A stretch of DNA of 64,000 nucleotides from Pyrinomonadaceae bacterium (lineage in GTDB: Bacteria > Acidobacteriota > Blastocatellia > Pyrinomonadales > Pyrinomonadaceae): contig DASXQM010000273.1 in assembly GCA_036507195.1 (NCBI GenBank), positions 1,055 to 65,054 on the forward strand, read 5' to 3'. This document shows, piece after piece, positions 18,246 to 29,396 of the stretch; position 1 is the stretch's first letter, and each line of letters begins with the position of its first letter. The notes below the pieces were generated by a model. The model searched no databases. It saw nothing but the letters and a program-made list of their open reading frames with translations, and had not been told where the DNA came from. The translations under genes were made by a program, and so were the position numbers.

Positions 18246-18824
18246 TCATTCAGTCAGAGTTCTCTCGATACGACGATCAGGAACCAGCCATATGATCGCC
18301 ACCAGTACATACAAGGTGCAGGCAAGCCACCACCTAACCAGAGCGAGCGGAATTGCCACCAGGTAAATCACTGTTGATATCAGTCCTTTGAAATCCCTGC
18401 CAACAGCGGTTGCGAGCACAGACTCCCTTCCATGGAGAGAAATGAGAGCCCGTGACAAAATGAAATAAGCGATTGACGCAAATAACAATACGACGCCATA
18501 CAGGGCGACAGGGCCGGGGGCAAAATGGTTCTCCCCCATCCAGGCTGTGACAAACGGGACTAATGATAGCCAGAACAGCAGGTGCAGGTTGGCCCAAAGC
18601 ACACCCCCATTCACGTGTTCAACTGCATGGAGCATGTGATGGTGATTACTCCAATAGATGCCCAGAAATATGAAACTGAGAAGATAACTCAAAAGGATGG
18701 GAACCAGTGGCGCCAGGGCAGCCAGGTTAGATTGATGTGGCACCCTCAACTCGAGCACCATGATAGTGATGATGATGGCAATCACCCCATCGCTAAATGT
18801 CTCCATGCGGCCCTTACCCATCAA
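18246..18824 (-). CDS. TMEM175/DUF1211 family membrane protein (putative K+ channel)
   Basis: N-terminal RMETFSDGVIAIIITIMVLEL signature (RxxxFSD) and six hydrophobic helices. Confidence 0.8.
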   Translation of the reverse strand: MMGKGRMETFSDGVIAIIITIMVLELRVPHQSNLAALAPLVPILLSYLLSFIFLGIYWSNHHHMLHAVEHVNGGVLWANLHLLFWLSLVPFVTAWMGENHFAPGPVALYGVVLLFASIAYFILSRALISLHGRESVLATAVGRDFKGLISTVIYLVAIPLALVRWWLACTLYVLVAIIWLVPDRRIERTLTE

Positions 18825-20212
18825 TCATCCTCTGAAAACAATACTTGTCTCTGTTGGCCATCGGGATCATTTTCGACCTTACCAAGGAGCCAGGACTTCA
18901 AAATGCCCGGATTCGCCTCTTCAGTTGCGAAATACTCCCGGATTAGCTTTGCATACAGTTCGCGCCGGTCAGAGATTTTGAGTTGATGGCCCATGGGCAT
19001 TTGCCCGCCATTAACGTAGGAACTGATCAGAGTCTTATCCATTGGCCAGTTCAGAGCGCCTAAACGCTCTGAGTTATGACATGACGAACAGACCATCGCA
19101 TTTGCCGCCGGCGTTTTGGCAAAGCGGGCGCCGAAGCGCTGCCGCCGATCATCTGAACTTGCCGAACTGAGTCCTGGTCCAAGTTTCCTTCCGTCCAGAT
19201 AGTTACCAAACCGCGGTGAGCCATAAGTCAGGAAACGCTCGTTGACGGCCAGCAAAGCCTGCTGCTCGGCTTCATTCACGCTGCCGCGCGCCGGAAAAAT
19301 AGGGAGAATGCCGCTCTTGTGACACTGCGCGCAGTTATCATCGCCCTCACCCAGATCCCAACGTCCCTGGATGCTGATCGAACCATTACGGCCATAAGTC
19401 CGGTAAAAGTCCTTGAAGTAAGCGTCGAAGCTCCCACCCGAACCGGCCAGGGCTGACACGATTGATACATTACGCACGCGCGTACGCGTTCCCGGATCGG
19501 GAACGCCAAACTGAACCCACTTATCCGGCACTCCCTTCGCGGCATTTCCCGGCACCACGATCAACAGCCGGCGATAACTGGAGCGGTTATCAGGGGTCCC
19601 CAGGTGACGCGACTTGTAGCTGAAATAAATGAGTTGTTCGTAAGGATCTCGCGTTGAGTTGAGCTGGCGTAGAAAAGACTTTGCGCGTTCCAGCGTCTCA
19701 TACCGGCTTACCGATCGGAGAAATGTTTGGTTAAGCAGAAACTCAGGAATTTGCACATACCGGCGCGTCTCCGCAAAGTACTGCTTATCGGGTACAGCAA
19801 ATCCGAGCTCGTGATCGGCCTGACGATCAAAGGAAGCCGCTTCAACATACTCGATAAAAACTCGATAGCGGCTTATGAAGTCGTTGTCGTCGGCAAGCCT
19901 GCATTGACGAATCGTGCCGGCGATTCCGTCTAGTACTCTTTCATAAGCCGGAATTGCTCTATCACTTTCATAGGCACGGCGCGCGGCAAGGACGAGCGCA
20001 TCCACCCTGGCTGCCACCCATGCGTCAGTCCGCATCTTCACTCGCGCACACGGGGACGCCTTAACGGTGTTTCCCGCAAGCAGCAGGAAGAGGGCGAGGA
20101 TGGCTGGCCCGAATAGGCTCGTCTTGTGCGCCGTTTGAATTTGTGAGGCTGGCAAGCGTTTCTCCTCAATCAAACGATCGATCTTATCGGCCGGTGAAGA
20201 GCGTCTTCTCAT
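18821..20212 (-). CDS. putative di-haem c-type cytochrome domain protein, secreted. Start uncertain.
   Basis: Two CxxCH motifs (CAQCH, CSSCH). Signal/TM segment LFGPAILALFLLLAG. The longest ORF (to 20428) overlaps the VOC gene by 245 nt, so ATG 20212 is preferred but not proven. Confidence 0.55.
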   Translation of the reverse strand: MRRRSSPADKIDRLIEEKRLPASQIQTAHKTSLFGPAILALFLLLAGNTVKASPCARVKMRTDAWVAARVDALVLAARRAYESDRAIPAYERVLDGIAGTIRQCRLADDNDFISRYRVFIEYVEAASFDRQADHELGFAVPDKQYFAETRRYVQIPEFLLNQTFLRSVSRYETLERAKSFLRQLNSTRDPYEQLIYFSYKSRHLGTPDNRSSYRRLLIVVPGNAAKGVPDKWVQFGVPDPGTRTRVRNVSIVSALAGSGGSFDAYFKDFYRTYGRNGSISIQGRWDLGEGDDNCAQCHKSGILPIFPARGSVNEAEQQALLAVNERFLTYGSPRFGNYLDGRKLGPGLSSASSDDRRQRFGARFAKTPAANAMVCSSCHNSERLGALNWPMDKTLISSYVNGGQMPMGHQLKISDRRELYAKLIREYFATEEANPGILKSWLLGKVENDPDGQQRQVLFSEDD

Positions 20213-20588
20213 CCACGAAGCAAAGGCCGTTGTTCCAGGGGTCATGAGCGTAGAACGAGCGTTCGCCCCATGGTCGAACAACGATCTCACCGGCGCTCTC
20301 GCCGTGCACGTCCTCGGAGGAAAGACATCCCAACTCAGTTGCTCGAGCATAAACCTTCTCGAGATCGGCAACTGCAAAGTAAATCTTGTCAGGAATCGGT
20401 TTCGCCTCCTCGCCACCGGCTGTGACATCTACCAAAGCCAGAATCACTGGCCCGCAATCGATGTAGTGACGGGAGGCGCGCGGAATTCGTCTTCCCGGAT
20501 CGTCAAGCAGCTTTGCATAAAACTCTGACGCTTTATCCAGATCGTCAACTTGCAGAATCAAGCGGAACAACGCCGGTCCGTCGGCCAT
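20184..20588 (-). CDS. VOC (glyoxalase/bleomycin-resistance/dioxygenase) family protein
   Basis: 134 aa. The beta-alpha-beta-beta-beta module pattern (LILQVDDLDKASEFY...; IYFAVADLEKVYARA...) is typical of VOC proteins. Confidence 0.65.
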   Translation of the reverse strand: MADGPALFRLILQVDDLDKASEFYAKLLDDPGRRIPRASRHYIDCGPVILALVDVTAGGEEAKPIPDKIYFAVADLEKVYARATELGCLSSEDVHGESAGEIVVRPWGERSFYAHDPWNNGLCFVDEKTLFTGR

Positions 20589-20690
20589 CGTACTTCTCCT
20601 TCAGGAAGGGACTACTCAGAGCGAGGCTTGATTATAGCGCAGCCATCCATAGCTCCGATGTCAACCATCCGAGCTAATGCTGCGGCAAAC

Positions 20691-21317
20691 TCAGGGGCCT
20701 TTCTCCCGGACCGCTTTCTCAAACCTGTCGCTACCCTTCTTTAGCTGTTCACTCAGTTCGATAATTTCTTCGAGGTCGCGTCGGGCTCTGGTTGTCAGTT
20801 CGGTGTCGACTACGGATGCCTCTTTGAAGAACGGGTTGTCCACAAACCTGAATACTGCCCTTGCCAATCTCAAAATGGAGGACTTGATTTGCCCCTGACT
20901 CGTAATCGGATCACTCGTGCGCGGCTGGTTACCTGGATCGGGTTGAGGGAGCGCCAAATTGGTGTTGAGGCGTTCTGCGTGCTTCTTGATTTCGGACGCT
21001 GACTTCGAGATAAATCTGAGGTCAAGCGCGGCGCTGCCGATGGCTGCTCGCCCCAATCTCTGATTAACTACCTGGAGGCGCGTAAAGTCTTCCTGCATCT
21101 GCGCGAGTGCCTGCTGTACATTCTGCCGTTTCTGGCGCGACTTGCGCGATTGCTCGGAAAGCATTCTCAAGTTCCAGACGCGAATCTCCAGGTCGCGCTC
21201 ATTCTCCGCTCGATCGCGCTCGGCTTGAGTGGTTTGCGCTGAGACCCCGGGCATGACCGCCAGGGCGATGACAATTCCCAGGCTGAACTGCAACGTGAAC
21301 TTCGCGGTAGGCCTCAT
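20691..21317 (-). CDS. hypothetical secreted coiled-coil protein
   Basis: Signal peptide (ALAVMPGVSAQ), then heptad-rich charged sequence. Confidence 0.45.
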   Translation of the reverse strand: MRPTAKFTLQFSLGIVIALAVMPGVSAQTTQAERDRAENERDLEIRVWNLRMLSEQSRKSRQKRQNVQQALAQMQEDFTRLQVVNQRLGRAAIGSAALDLRFISKSASEIKKHAERLNTNLALPQPDPGNQPRTSDPITSQGQIKSSILRLARAVFRFVDNPFFKEASVVDTELTTRARRDLEEIIELSEQLKKGSDRFEKAVREKGP

Positions 21318-21607
21318 CTATTACCGCCACCTCTTTCGGAGTTTGGCAGATTGTGATCCGGTTTTGATTGCGAGTCAACGCCGAACCGAAATCATCCACA
21401 GATCACGCTGCTTACACAGTTTACTGAACGGGCTTCGAGTTGCGTAGTCTCTATCTGTCTTTTGATTACCGTGTTTTGGAGTTTGACCACTGGAATCTGG
21501 GCCAGCCGGGTAATCTGCGGATAATGTTCCCATTGACTGATTCATCAAATGCAGTTAAGAATTCAAACGCTTCTCCTGAATACTACAGCTAATCCAAGTG
21601 AGGAAAG

Positions 21608-24325
21608 ATGACTTTGACAAACTCGCTACGCCCGCTCTCTGTTTCCTGGCTCTGGTTGTTGTCTATCCTGGCGATTACCTGTACGGCGCAGGCGCAGTCA
21701 GCTTCAACCAGGCTCAATTCCAACCTGCTATCCGAATTCAAGTGGCGTTTGGTTGGGCCATCGAGCCCGGCGGGTCGCGTTTGGCAGGTGGTTGGCGATG
21801 AGAACGATCCCAAGACATTTTATGTCTGCACCGCGGGTGGAGGCTTGTGGAAGAGCACCGACAACGGCACGACACTGGTTCCTATCTTCGACAATCAAAC
21901 GTCTGCTTCGACCGGCGCGGTTGCCATTGCAAAATCGAATTCGAATCTGGTTTGGGTGGGATCAGGTGAGCCCGCCAACACACGCGCAAACTCGTGGGGC
22001 GATGGCGTCTATAAGTCGCTGGATGGAGGCAAGACCTGGGCGCACATGGGACTTGGCGATAGCCGACAGATTAGCGCCATCGTAATTCACCCTACCAGGC
22101 CAGAGACGGTTTACGTGGCCGCGATGGGTTTTGAGTGGGGCCGCAATAGTGAACGCGGGATTTTCAAGACCACAGACGGCGGCAAGAATTGGAGCAAGAT
22201 TCTCTTTATTAACGACACCACCGGCTTCATCGATCTACAAGCCGACCCAAAGAATCCGGAAGTGCTTTACGCCGCCGCGTGGCAGCGCTTCCGCTTCGGT
22301 GGCGGGGATATGGCTGAGTCGGGACCGGGAAGCGGTCTCTACAAGACCAGCGATGGCGGCAAGAAGTGGACAAAACTCACTAACGGTTTGCCCAAAGAGG
22401 AAATGAGCAAGATTACAGTTGCGGTAGCGCGCAACAATTCGAATATTGTTTACGCGGCGATCCTCACTGGTGAACCGGCTTCGGGCGGGAAGAGAACGAT
22501 CGATACTGGCGGCGTGTTTCGTTCAGTGGACGGCGGCAAGAGCTGGCAGCGCATGAACCCGACAATGACCAGCTACTACTACGATCGCATCAATGTCGAT
22601 CCGGGTGACGACAATCGCATCTGGATGCCCGTGTTTGATCTGATGGTCTCCACAGACGGCGGCAAGACGCTGGTAAAATCGAACATAAAGCACGTGCACA
22701 ACGATGAACATAGCCTCTGGATCGACCCTGATGACCCACAACACTTGATACTTGGCGGTGATGGCGGCGTCAATATTTCCTACAATCGCGGCACTACCTG
22801 GCAACAGGCTGTCCTCCCGATTGGCCAGTTTTACGAGGTCGCAGTCGACAATCAGGATCCTTACTACGTCTACGGCGGCATGCAGGACACCGGCCACTGG
22901 CTGGGGCCGAGCCAAACTTATGACAACGAGGGGATAACCAACCACGATTGGATCAAACTGCGCTTCAACGGTGACGGCATGTCGATCCACCCGGACGAAA
23001 GCGATCCAAATGTCATCTACATGGTGCAGGAGTTTGGGAACTTCTCCCGGCTCGACCTGCACACATGGGATCGCCAGGAACTTCTGCCCGACGCCGCCGA
23101 AGCGAAGAAGCGCGGGCTGCATGCGTTTCGTTACGACTGGACGCCGCCAATGATAATTTCGCAACACGATCCGGAAGTGCTTTATCTCGGCAGTAATTAT
23201 CTATTCAAGTTTACAAAGCGGGGCGAGAAGTGGGATGTTGTGAGTCCCGATCTGACTGCGCAACAAGACAGGGAGTTGAAGGGCAACAGGAAGGAATACA
23301 CCGGCTATCATAGTTATGGCGCGTTGTTCTCGATCGCCGAATCGCCACTCGACGCCAAAGTGATCTGGACGGGTGCAGACGATGGACCAGTTTATGTTAC
23401 CCGCAACGGCGGCTCCTCGTGGACAAACGTCACGGAAAACTTGCCGGCTGGTGCGCCGACCTGTGCGGTAGTTGGAGAAATCGAAGCATCGCGGTTCGAC
23501 AAAGGCACTGCCTACGTCGCCTACGACTCCCACACTCGCGAAGATCATAAGCCTTATTTCTACATGACTAACGATTATGGCCAGACCTGGTTCGATATCA
23601 CTGGTGATTTGCCCCACGGGGGATCTAGCTATGTGATCCGGGAGGATCCGGTTAACCCCAACCTGCTGTTTGCGGGCACGGAGTTTGGCGTCCACTTAAC
23701 GATCGATCGGGGCCGGCATTGGATTCAATTAAAAAATAATCTGCCCACGGTAGGTGTGCGTGCGATGGTCATTCAGGCAAGGGATCATGATCTGGTTGTC
23801 GGAACATTTGGCCGCGCCATCTGGATTACTGACATTGGGCCCTTTGAACAGATGAGCGCCCGTTTACTCGAACAACCTGCCCACCTCTTCGACGTTGAGC
23901 CCGGAACTCTCTATAAGACTCGTTACACTTACGGGGCCACGATCGAGGAGTTGAATGGCGATATGTTTTTCCGCGCGGAGAATCCGGCCTACGGAACCGT
24001 CATCACTTACTATTTACGCGAAAACGCTGGTCCGGAAGTGACGCTTACTATCAGAGACACAAGCGGCAAGGCCGTTCGCACGCTTAAGGGCCCGGGTGCG
24101 GCGGGAGTGCATCGTGTTATTTGGGACCTCAAACGGGAGGATAAGGTGACCGATGAGGAAGCGACGCGAGCCAGAGTCGAAACACTTTCGGAACGGGATG
24201 CGCTCGCCTGGGTTCGCCCTGGAGATTACACAGTCATTCTGGAGTTGAGTACAGGCTCGTTGAAGACTGAAGTAAACGTGCGGAAGGAACGACAGGGGGT
24301 AAAGCGAGTGGAAGTCAGAAAATAG
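21608..24325 (+). CDS. secreted BNR/Asp-box repeat protein (sortilin/VPS10-like or GH74-like double propeller)
   Basis: Signal peptide. At least 9 Asp-box motifs (SxDxGxxW): STDNGTT, SLDGGKTW, TTDGGKNW, TSDGGKKW, SVDGGKSW, STDGGKT, TRNGGSSW, NDYGQTW and IDRGRHW. Confidence 0.8.
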   Translation: MTLTNSLRPLSVSWLWLLSILAITCTAQAQSASTRLNSNLLSEFKWRLVGPSSPAGRVWQVVGDENDPKTFYVCTAGGGLWKSTDNGTTLVPIFDNQTSASTGAVAIAKSNSNLVWVGSGEPANTRANSWGDGVYKSLDGGKTWAHMGLGDSRQISAIVIHPTRPETVYVAAMGFEWGRNSERGIFKTTDGGKNWSKILFINDTTGFIDLQADPKNPEVLYAAAWQRFRFGGGDMAESGPGSGLYKTSDGGKKWTKLTNGLPKEEMSKITVAVARNNSNIVYAAILTGEPASGGKRTIDTGGVFRSVDGGKSWQRMNPTMTSYYYDRINVDPGDDNRIWMPVFDLMVSTDGGKTLVKSNIKHVHNDEHSLWIDPDDPQHLILGGDGGVNISYNRGTTWQQAVLPIGQFYEVAVDNQDPYYVYGGMQDTGHWLGPSQTYDNEGITNHDWIKLRFNGDGMSIHPDESDPNVIYMVQEFGNFSRLDLHTWDRQELLPDAAEAKKRGLHAFRYDWTPPMIISQHDPEVLYLGSNYLFKFTKRGEKWDVVSPDLTAQQDRELKGNRKEYTGYHSYGALFSIAESPLDAKVIWTGADDGPVYVTRNGGSSWTNVTENLPAGAPTCAVVGEIEASRFDKGTAYVAYDSHTREDHKPYFYMTNDYGQTWFDITGDLPHGGSSYVIREDPVNPNLLFAGTEFGVHLTIDRGRHWIQLKNNLPTVGVRAMVIQARDHDLVVGTFGRAIWITDIGPFEQMSARLLEQPAHLFDVEPGTLYKTRYTYGATIEELNGDMFFRAENPAYGTVITYYLRENAGPEVTLTIRDTSGKAVRTLKGPGAAGVHRVIWDLKREDKVTDEEATRARVETLSERDALAWVRPGDYTVILELSTGSLKTEVNVRKERQGVKRVEVRK

Positions 24326-24429
24326 TCGTTAGTAACCGGGTGTGGTTGTTACCAATTTACGTAGTGGCGGTGGTTATTTCAAGGCCCTGTCAGGAGGGCG
24401 TTGCCTGTGGAGATCCCCAGAAAGACTAC

Positions 24430-24472
24430 GGGCGCCGACCTCCCCCAAGACCGGCGCCCTTGCCTTTATCTC
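24430..24472 (+). terminator. possible intrinsic terminator downstream of the BNR gene
   Basis: 8-bp GC stem gggcgccg/cggcgccc with a 14-nt loop, followed by ttgcctttatctc. Confidence 0.3.
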
Positions 24473-24715
24473 AGTTCTCCCATGGAGAATTAACGATGAA
24501 CGATATTAGGCCGGTCCCCTCGAGCGATGGTTGCAGTAATCTTGCAAAGACTTCACGACGCCGTAACAAAACTATTCGCAAAACTTTCGGCCTAGTTCGC
24601 GCCGAGGACTGTTGAGCTACTTTTTGGGCAACCGCACGCGTATCATTTCAGCAGACCGCCAGGAAGAAAAACCTGAATTCAGAACTTAAATCCCAGCTTA
24701 CCGGAGAAAAACTCT

Positions 24716-26692
24716 ATGCCCGAGTCTCGCACCGTGCCCTACGGTTCATGGAAATCGCCGATTACCTCCGACTCAATCGTCGGTGGTTCTATAGGTCTGT
24801 CCCAGCCCCTGATTGATGGTGCTGATGTTTACTGGGTTGAAATGCGTCCTACCGAAGCTGGCCGTAGCGTCATCGTGAAACGGAATGCGCTTGGCGTAGT
24901 AAACGATGTCACTCCGCCGCCCTTTAACGCGCGAACTCGGGTACACGAATATGGCGGCGGTGATTACACAGTGGGAGACGGCGCGGTTTACTTTTCAAAC
25001 TTTTCCGATCAGCGACTGTATGAGTGGAAAGGGGAAGCGGAGCCACAGGCAATTACTCCCGTCGCCGATCTTCGCTATGCGGACGCGGTTATTGATCGGA
25101 CGCGTGCGCGGTTAATCTGCGTTCGGGAAGACCACACGGTTGCTGGTCGCGAAGCAGTAAACACTTTGGTGGGCCTCAAACTCGTGGGGAATGAAATTCC
25201 GGCTGAGACAGGCGGAGTCTCGAACCGGGCAGCCCGGCAGGGGTGCTTGTTGGTATCGGGCAATGATTTCTATTCGTCGCCGCGTGTGAGCCCCGATGGC
25301 TCCCAGCTGGCATGGCTTACATGGAACCATCCCAATATGCCGTGGGATGGCAGTGAACTTTGGGTCGGCCGATTCGGGGTCGATGGATTATTAGAAACCA
25401 GTGAACGCGTGGCAGGCAGCACTGATGAATCAATCTTCCAGCCCGAATGGTCTCCCGAGGGCGTGCTTTATTTTGTTTCGGATCGAAGCGGCTGGTGGAA
25501 TCTTTACCGGATGAATTCAGATGGAAGCATTGAGCCGCTATGCGAAATGCAAGCTGAGTTTGGCATGCCCCAATGGGGCTTTGGCATGTCGACATATGCT
25601 TTCGAATCGGCCGAAAGAATTGTTTGCGCTTACATCGAAAACGGTATTTCGCGGCTTGCGCTGCTCGATACGCGCACGAAAAAGTTTGAACCGATCGTTT
25701 CTCCATACACGGACATAAGGTTTGTGCGCGCCTTGCCAGGGTATGCAGTGATGCGGGTCGGCTCGGCGACTGAAGCAGCCTCAATTGCAAAGCTTGATTT
25801 GGAAACGAGGACGTTCGAAGTACTTCGCCGCTCCAGCAGTCTTGAGATTGATGCAGCCTATCTCTCAACTCCGCGCGCCGTGGAGTTTCCTACCGAAGAT
25901 GGACGGACAGCCCACGGATTTTTTTATCCGCCGAAGAATCGCGAATACAACGCACCCGTTGGCGAGCGACCGCCGCTATTGGTCGAGAGCCATGGCGGAC
26001 CTACAGCCGCGGCGGCAACCGCTTTGAGTCTTCCTATTCAGTATTGGACCAGCCGAGGCATAGCCGTGCTGGATGTGAACTATGGCGGCAGCACCGGGTT
26101 TGGGCGTGCTTACCGGGAAAGATTGAAGGACAGGTGGGGAATCGTTGATGTTGACGATTGCGCCAACGGAGCACGCTACCTGGTTGGGCAAGGTGAGGTC
26201 GATGGAGATCGCCTGATGATCACGGGCGGAAGTGCCGGTGGTTACACTACGCTTTGCGCGCTCACCTTTCGCGATACGTTCAACGCTGGAGCGAGCCACT
26301 ATGGCGTCAGCGATGCCGAAGCCCTGGCAAAAGAGACGCACAAATTTGAATCGCGTTACCTTGATGGACTCATCGGGCCTTATCCGGAAAAGCGGGAGAT
26401 TTATGTTAAACGTTCGCCAATCAACTTCACGGAGCGGTTGTCTTGTCCGGTGATCTTCTTTCAGGGACTCGAGGACAAAGTAGTACCACCAAATCAGGCG
26501 CAGACGATGGTAGACGCACTGCGGGCGAAAGGAATTTCGGTCGCGTACCTTGCCTTCGAAGCGGAGCAGCACGGGTTTCGTCAGGCGAAGAACATCAAAC
26601 GTGCGCTTGACGGCGAACTCTATTTTTATTCCCGGGTGTTTGCTTTTGAGCTTGCGGAGCCGGTGGAACCGGTAGAGATTGATAATCTATAG
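24716..26692 (+). CDS. S9 family serine peptidase (prolyl oligopeptidase/dipeptidyl aminopeptidase-like) with N-terminal beta-propeller
   Basis: Catalytic Ser motif GGSAGGYT, downstream D and H region (GLEDKVVP...EQHGF), and a long N-terminal propeller-like region. Confidence 0.88.
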   Translation: MPESRTVPYGSWKSPITSDSIVGGSIGLSQPLIDGADVYWVEMRPTEAGRSVIVKRNALGVVNDVTPPPFNARTRVHEYGGGDYTVGDGAVYFSNFSDQRLYEWKGEAEPQAITPVADLRYADAVIDRTRARLICVREDHTVAGREAVNTLVGLKLVGNEIPAETGGVSNRAARQGCLLVSGNDFYSSPRVSPDGSQLAWLTWNHPNMPWDGSELWVGRFGVDGLLETSERVAGSTDESIFQPEWSPEGVLYFVSDRSGWWNLYRMNSDGSIEPLCEMQAEFGMPQWGFGMSTYAFESAERIVCAYIENGISRLALLDTRTKKFEPIVSPYTDIRFVRALPGYAVMRVGSATEAASIAKLDLETRTFEVLRRSSSLEIDAAYLSTPRAVEFPTEDGRTAHGFFYPPKNREYNAPVGERPPLLVESHGGPTAAAATALSLPIQYWTSRGIAVLDVNYGGSTGFGRAYRERLKDRWGIVDVDDCANGARYLVGQGEVDGDRLMITGGSAGGYTTLCALTFRDTFNAGASHYGVSDAEALAKETHKFESRYLDGLIGPYPEKREIYVKRSPINFTERLSCPVIFFQGLEDKVVPPNQAQTMVDALRAKGISVAYLAFEAEQHGFRQAKNIKRALDGELYFYSRVFAFELAEPVEPVEIDNL

Positions 26693-26758
26693 ATCTTGAG
26701 ATCTAAAATTTCAAATCTCAGCCTTAAAAGCGATCGCGGTATTCCCCTGACCGGACGC

Positions 26759-29227
26759 CTACTGCGCCGGCTGGTCCGCAATCGTCGCCGCTCCGCCGCC
26801 ATGATCGCCGCCGCGAAGCACCGAAGTTTCATCAATAAAGTAAGACAGCCGTCCAGACTCTCCATAGGTAACAGGCACGGCGATGGCCTCAAATCCCTTT
26901 CCCGAGATAGTCACCTCAATCCGGTAACCATATTTTTGCAGCATCTCCCTGTTGACAAGATTCTCCGCAATCAAGTCATCAAGAGAGCCGAAACGGCCGT
27001 CACCTTTCGTAGCCTGGTAAGTGGCTTCAGCGACCGCGATGGTACGCAAGGAGCTTTTCGCTACCGCTTCGTTGGTTTGGAGCGGCACCTGAGTCGCTTC
27101 GCTCGAAGCCTGGGCAATTATCATTTGCAGTAGATTCTTCGGCACATGCAACTCGTGAAGCGGACCTTGCCCTTCGTTGGTAAGTGCATAAGTGAGGGGG
27201 TCGATAACGGGGTTCACCCGGGACAAAAAGTCGCTCATGTTGTCATTGACTGGAGCGCCACTTCCAGCGGGAGAGATATATTGCCTGACCAGGCCCGGAG
27301 CGACATAAACCTGGCCAAGTACTTGTCGCGGCTGCCAACGTATGAAGTTCCTAAAGTGGCTATCGGATGAAAGCGTCTGATGGTTCACATAGGCATCTAC
27401 CACGTGTCGTGTGGCAGCGGCATCCGCCGACACGACCAGGAAATCCCCCAGGAAAGCGTAGGCTAAAACGTTTCCGTAGGAAGTGATTTCAGCTCCATCG
27501 CGCTTTTCAGTCTGAGCAAAGAGATTCGCGCCTTTGAATCCCAACGATTCAATAATCTTTGGTATTAGTCGGGCAACCGCTTCCCGGTCCTTAACCGAGA
27601 TGGCGATCACGGGAGAGGGATCAGCTGTTCGCGCATTTCTTTTCTCGCCGTCTTCTGGTGTGGGTTCTTCCGCGCCCGCGTTAAGTGGAGACGGCGTTGG
27701 ACTCGGCACTTTCTTTGCGAGCGCCAGAGCAAATTCATTTCCCAGCAGAGGCAGGAGGTCGTCTTTGATCTTCAAGCCAAGTTTCTTTTCATAGATTGCA
27801 AAAGGCGATTCGGGCGGTGAACTTTCTTTGACGGGTTGGTTTCGGTATTTTCTTGATTGCTCGTCTGCGTTGGCAATCGCCTTCACCATCCCGTCGTAAA
27901 CTTGCGGGTAATCGAGCGAAACGCTGACGAAGAGATCCGTGTCGGCAGGAAAAATATTGGGCGACTCCGGCACGAATGCCGGGCCGGAAACGAACTGGGG
28001 AACAAAAGGAATCGCATTGCTCTTGTTTTCGGCGCCATTGACTATCAACGTGCGAAGCACATAAGCATCGCCTTCAAAAACCACAGCCGCGCTAACCGCT
28101 TCCGGCCATTTGCTAACGCCGCCAAACAGAGCGCCATAAAGCGAGAACATCATTGGGCCCACTGCCTCCGTGGCGGGCTGTGGCTCGCTCGACAAGGTAG
28201 CGTTGCCGGATGGTTGCGGATCAGACGACGTCACTACCAGCGTGGGTTGCGAAGTTGACGATGGTTCCGGCTGTTGCTGCTCTGCGACCGTGGGTTCAGT
28301 CATCTCTGGCGCCAGATTGACGGGCGCCTGTTCTGCTTTCGGATTGGCGGTCTGGATCTCAATTTGTTTTTGTTCTTCCTCTTCCCACTTTTTCTGGCGC
28401 TCTTTCTCCTCCTTTTCAATCGACTTCAAGTCGACGTAGAGAAAGAGCGACTCAGACGCAAAACGATTTCGTGCCAGGGTGAAGTTCTGATCTTCTTCGA
28501 GCAACCTGCTGGCGGGCGGCCTTAGACTTCGAAACGTGAAGGCGGTATCGCTGATCAAAATCAGAGCGCCAGCCTGTTTCATCTGATAAGGGGACAGGGC
28601 CGGCGCATTTTCCTTTTCCGGAACGGTCCTTACGCTCCTGGTGGCTGTTCGAGAAACGGATGGCGGGTCGTTGATTCTCCCTTGTCCGCCGGTTGGACCA
28701 CTAGACGCAACGGTTGCCGGGCTCGGCGCCACCACTGGAATTGGGGACGCTGTTGGCGCAGGTGCAGGCGCCGGCAAAAGGGTGGGAAGAAAGCCGCGCA
28801 ACTCCGGGTAAAACTTCTTAGCCTCCTCTGGCGAAGAAAACTCTATAGCAACCAGAACGGTTGGAAGGTTGGGTCTTGACGGCCAACCTGCCACCAGCAT
28901 TCGTGAGCTGGCGAGCACGTCGGCGTGGGCGTTAAGCCATTTCACAAGGATCTTGAATTCTTTTGGCGGGCCACCGAGTTTCATCACCGGATCGAGTAGA
29001 TCATTAACCGCAGATGATCGGATCAATCCGCCAACGCCTCTTATCTCGCAATAGACTTTGTAACTGTCGGCGGAGAGCAGCGTTTCGAAAGTCGGAGAGG
29101 GTTCAGGGACTTCTGCCGGCGCCGGTTTCTTAGGCGCCGTATTACGTCTCTGTTGTGCGAGTAAAGGCGAGACGACAACCAGAAAAACGAGCAATAGTGT
29201 AATCAGGCGCTGAATTGATTTGAGCAT
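26759..29227 (-). CDS. large secreted protein, DUF3352-like, with Pro/Ala-rich linkers and a C-terminal pilin-like globular segment
   Basis: Signal peptide. LGNEFALAL and GDFLVVSAD segments parallel those in the anti-sigma C-terminal domain. C-terminal SLRTIAVAEATYQATKGDG resembles pilin head domains. Confidence 0.5.
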   Translation of the reverse strand: MLKSIQRLITLLLVFLVVVSPLLAQQRRNTAPKKPAPAEVPEPSPTFETLLSADSYKVYCEIRGVGGLIRSSAVNDLLDPVMKLGGPPKEFKILVKWLNAHADVLASSRMLVAGWPSRPNLPTVLVAIEFSSPEEAKKFYPELRGFLPTLLPAPAPAPTASPIPVVAPSPATVASSGPTGGQGRINDPPSVSRTATRSVRTVPEKENAPALSPYQMKQAGALILISDTAFTFRSLRPPASRLLEEDQNFTLARNRFASESLFLYVDLKSIEKEEKERQKKWEEEEQKQIEIQTANPKAEQAPVNLAPEMTEPTVAEQQQPEPSSTSQPTLVVTSSDPQPSGNATLSSEPQPATEAVGPMMFSLYGALFGGVSKWPEAVSAAVVFEGDAYVLRTLIVNGAENKSNAIPFVPQFVSGPAFVPESPNIFPADTDLFVSVSLDYPQVYDGMVKAIANADEQSRKYRNQPVKESSPPESPFAIYEKKLGLKIKDDLLPLLGNEFALALAKKVPSPTPSPLNAGAEEPTPEDGEKRNARTADPSPVIAISVKDREAVARLIPKIIESLGFKGANLFAQTEKRDGAEITSYGNVLAYAFLGDFLVVSADAAATRHVVDAYVNHQTLSSDSHFRNFIRWQPRQVLGQVYVAPGLVRQYISPAGSGAPVNDNMSDFLSRVNPVIDPLTYALTNEGQGPLHELHVPKNLLQMIIAQASSEATQVPLQTNEAVAKSSLRTIAVAEATYQATKGDGRFGSLDDLIAENLVNREMLQKYGYRIEVTISGKGFEAIAVPVTYGESGRLSYFIDETSVLRGGDHGGGAATIADQPAQ

Positions 29228-29396
29228 TTGAATTAAGAGTAACAGAACAAATGAACGACAAAAAGGAATTGCTTGTTCAGGTCTTGGTGCAGTTCATTGA
29301 AAGTGTCCGATAAACTTCAGAAACTTCTGATCAAGTGTCTTCGACGCTACGCATCGAAGATACTTAGTTTGCCGTGGCGTGATGACAAGCTAAGCC

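Noticed and set aside
24340-24615. 91-aa ORF, and an internal 39-aa ORF starting at an ATG preceded by GGAGA, between the BNR gene and the S9 peptidase gene
   Set aside because: No motifs, odd composition, and it spans the putative terminator hairpin. Evidence is insufficient to call a gene.
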